Shown one piece after another: positions 61,314 to 64,000 of a DNA stretch of 64,000 nucleotides (its first letter is position 1; each line of letters opens with the position of its first letter). The stretch comes from Amoebophrya sp. A120. Taxonomy: Eukaryota; Protista; Dinoflagellata. The notes beneath the pieces were generated by a model. The model was not told the origin of the DNA. It saw only the letters and a list, made by a program, of their open reading frames with translations, and ran no database searches. The position numbers and the translations under genes are program-made. Where the stretch lies: positions 4,775,394 through 4,839,393 of the forward strand of contig CAJINV010000005.1 of NCBI GenBank assembly GCA_905178155.1, given 5' to 3'.

Positions 61314-64000
61314 TCACAAAAGTCCAGCATCCAGTGCACCCGCACGCAGCGCCTCCAACTCATTGTTCCTACTGGACAGTTCCCGGCGCAGACTCTGCAC
61401 TATCTCCTGGTCTATGGTCTTCTTCGGGTAGACCACTTGCGTCGCGACAAGACCCCGGATTCCCTTCGGCGGCTGGTTCACATCTACTTCCCATTCTCGC
61501 AAGCCCTCCTCCATCTTCATCCGCCACGTTTTCTGATGCTGCGCCAGCGCGAGGATCTTCCGTTCCCTCTGCCGGGTTTCGCCATCCGGGAGTGTCGCGA
61601 TGTGGAGGAAAATTTCTACGGTTCTCTCGTTCGCGGGCAAGGAGGCGTGCGAATCAACTCTAACCGGCCGGCCGACGATTTGGCAGTATTGCGCAGCGAA
61701 AGAGGGTACATCGATCACGTGCATCTCCCTTACCGCACGAAACTCGATTCCTGTTCGTTGGAGGGGATGAAGATGAATCACGCATGAACATGCACAATGG
61801 TGCACTTTTTCAGCAACTACATTCGTCATCACCACACTCACACAACACAAAACCTTCAACAATGGATTTTATACCCTCCTGGCACTCCTCTCGTGTACAG
61901 AGAAGGACAAGTTTTTTCTCCCCTCGCAAATTTTTTTTGTCACAATTGAAACCCGCTATGTCTTTAAAAGTCGCAACTTTGGGACCAAGCCGGTGTTTCA
62001 AGAGTTCGTGCGCAGCCAGGTAACCGGTCTTCCTTGCTACCATAATGACCGTCTTTCTCGGAGCCTGTCCGCACAGCCGGCCTATGACCTAATTTTGTTT
62101 TTAAGCGAAATCAAGTATCGAGGATGAGGGGTGGGGTTCCGACTGTTGGCTTTCGAAGGTTTCCTTCAATCATGTTTTAGTTTCTGCACTTCAAAAATCT
62201 GTTTGGGCCATTTTCGGCATATACGCGTTGGTTTGGAACTTGATCCCCTGCAGGTGGGTTGACGTATTCACGGAACTCGGCGGGACGGCGCACGTCGTAG
62301 TGTATCCTAGCAAAATTTTGAGACGAGTCAACCTCCAACTTGCAAATGCAAAAATCATTCACAAACACGGCATCGATTCTCAACTGCATCTGCATGCAAG
62401 ACGTGACTCATCTGCATGCAAGACGTGACCCCTCAACTGCACCTGACGTGACTAATCTTTCAAACTTTCCTTCGGATACATAAGTTATGAGCTTGTCTGC
62501 CCTCCGCGGATCATTTGCTGCCACTTCACTCGCATGCCGGTGCGTGTAGCGTCCCCAAATGAAGCCCTGCAGCTTGGAGTTCAGCGCGCCGCTCAATTGG
62601 AGGCCCGTTCCTATATGGTTGCCACTGCAGAGGCGGTTTACCAGGACAGTTGGGTACTGGGACGTAATCGTGTGGAAAGAGCTTACAAAGCCCTCGTTGT
62701 TGAGGTTTCCTCCGTTGCTTCCTTTCACGACATGTAGTATTCTGGTGAAATTTCTACATGTTCCAACGTAAGCATAAAACAAAATTGCTCTACAACTTGC
62801 AGTCATGTTTGCGATGCCAGTACTACAGAGATGAATCGTGCAGGAGAAAAGTGGCGCTACTGTTCCTGCTCATCCTGATTCTTCGAAGTGGACTGTTTTA
62901 TGCAAGGTTGGTCCAGGTAGAATTGTTTCCTTCAGATACCTACGAGCATTTGTGCTGCCACTTGCGGTTGCTTGGGCGTCGCGGTCATCAGCACCACCGT
63001 AGTCCCCTCTTTCCCCGTCGCCGGCGTCTTCTGCACCGCCTCCCGCAGCCGCTTCAATGGCTCCCGGAACCGCTCCTCGACGTCCTTTCTGATCATGTTG
63101 TGGCACTCGTCCATCACCAAAAACTTCCCCGCGTACGGACTCACCGCCGACAACTTGAACTTCAAACACGGGTCAACCGATTTCGTCTTTACCCCCTCGC
63201 GGTCAAATCCGAGCGCGGAGCCCCCCGCAGTCACGTACTTGAAGACGCGGAGCGGCGCCCGTGGTGCGTCGATGCCGGTTGCTTCGCGGAATTCTTTCCT
63301 CCACCCCGCTTTCAGCTTCCCGTTGATGATCTTGCCCTTCAAAGCGACGACGTCGCGGATCTGTCCGTAGGTGTCTTTCGTGATTTTCGGTAGCAATTTC
63401 GTCCAATCCCGGTCCCACTCGTTGTGCCAATTCGGGTTCAAGACCGGCAAACTGGCACAGACGAAATCCCGCCAGCGGGAAGGCCACCGCACGAGTTCTT
63501 TGAACAGATTTTGTACGTGAACTTCTTTTGGAAGAATCAGTACTTTGGTGCGTTGCTTGTAGAAATCGTCGTTCAGTAGCTCCAGTTGTACGTCGCATGA
63601 TCGACGAGAAGTCGTCTGCAAAAGTTATTTTCGAAAAGGTGCTTCACTAGAAACTGGTGCTTCAAAAGCGGTTTCACAGCGTTCCGACCACCCGGAGCTT
63701 TCTTCTGCTGCTCCTCCCTGTCAAATTTCTGGAGCGCTGTTTGCAATTTGGGTCGTAGCCAGTTGTTGAACCCCGGCTCCCCTTGCTGCGGCCGGCCGAC
63801 GATATTGGAGTCCATTTCATCCTCTCCTTCCTCCGACAACTCTCCTTCCGAATCCTGGTCCAACCCCTCCTCATGGTCCATATCGGCTTCGTCGTCGCTT
63901 TCCAAAAACTGGTCCGCAGACTCGACGAGCTTCTTCAAAACCTTTTTCTTGTGCAGCAACTCTCGCCAATTTTTCACGCCGCCATTTTCTTCTATCGACT
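61314..64000 (-). pseudogene. Decayed SF2 DExH helicase of the NCLDV D6/D11 (VETF/NPH-I-like) type
   Basis: LLKHQ...LLVDHAT (Walker A remainder missing, with a frameshift), VMDECHN, LMTATP, GIEFRAVREMHVID...QIVGRPVRVDSHASLPANERTVEIF...TIDQ. The motifs are spread over several frames and no introns are visible. Confidence 0.75.

Noticed and set aside
1-64000. Autonomous transposase, tRNA/rRNA or spliced-leader genes
   Set aside because: No DDE transposase ORF, tRNA or rRNA signature, or dinoflagellate SL sequence was recognisable by eye.

Overview
Eukaryotic genomic DNA. All 11 recognisable genes, plus a decayed viral-type helicase, lie on the minus strand. They encode an F-box/Kelch protein, an unknown acidic protein, an SLC22-like MFS transporter, CFAP119, SPCS1, centrin, a JmjC-AspH fusion, a PIH1-family protein, two paralogous discoidin-like proteins and a large coiled-coil protein. 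The dominant signal is an invasive intron-generating (introner) system. I count 39 elements, mostly 135-322 bp, from at least 10 families with different terminal inverted repeats (TIRs). Nearly all have TAT...ATA termini and 5-bp target-site duplications (TSDs): 26 perfect, 11 imperfect, 2 lost. All interrupt coding exons, occur in either orientation and generally lack GT-AG ends. Removing the element plus one TSD copy restores the reading frame and conserved motifs at every junction I translated by hand. A short motif (TTGTCATGC and variants) recurs in all families and in most ordinary GT-AG introns. This architecture best fits the parasitic dinoflagellate Amoebophrya, where non-canonical introner introns are already known; the taxon is an inference. 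The window also holds four tandem-repeat arrays and seven GC-rich intergenic blocks. Coordinates were read by eye, and no transcript data were available.
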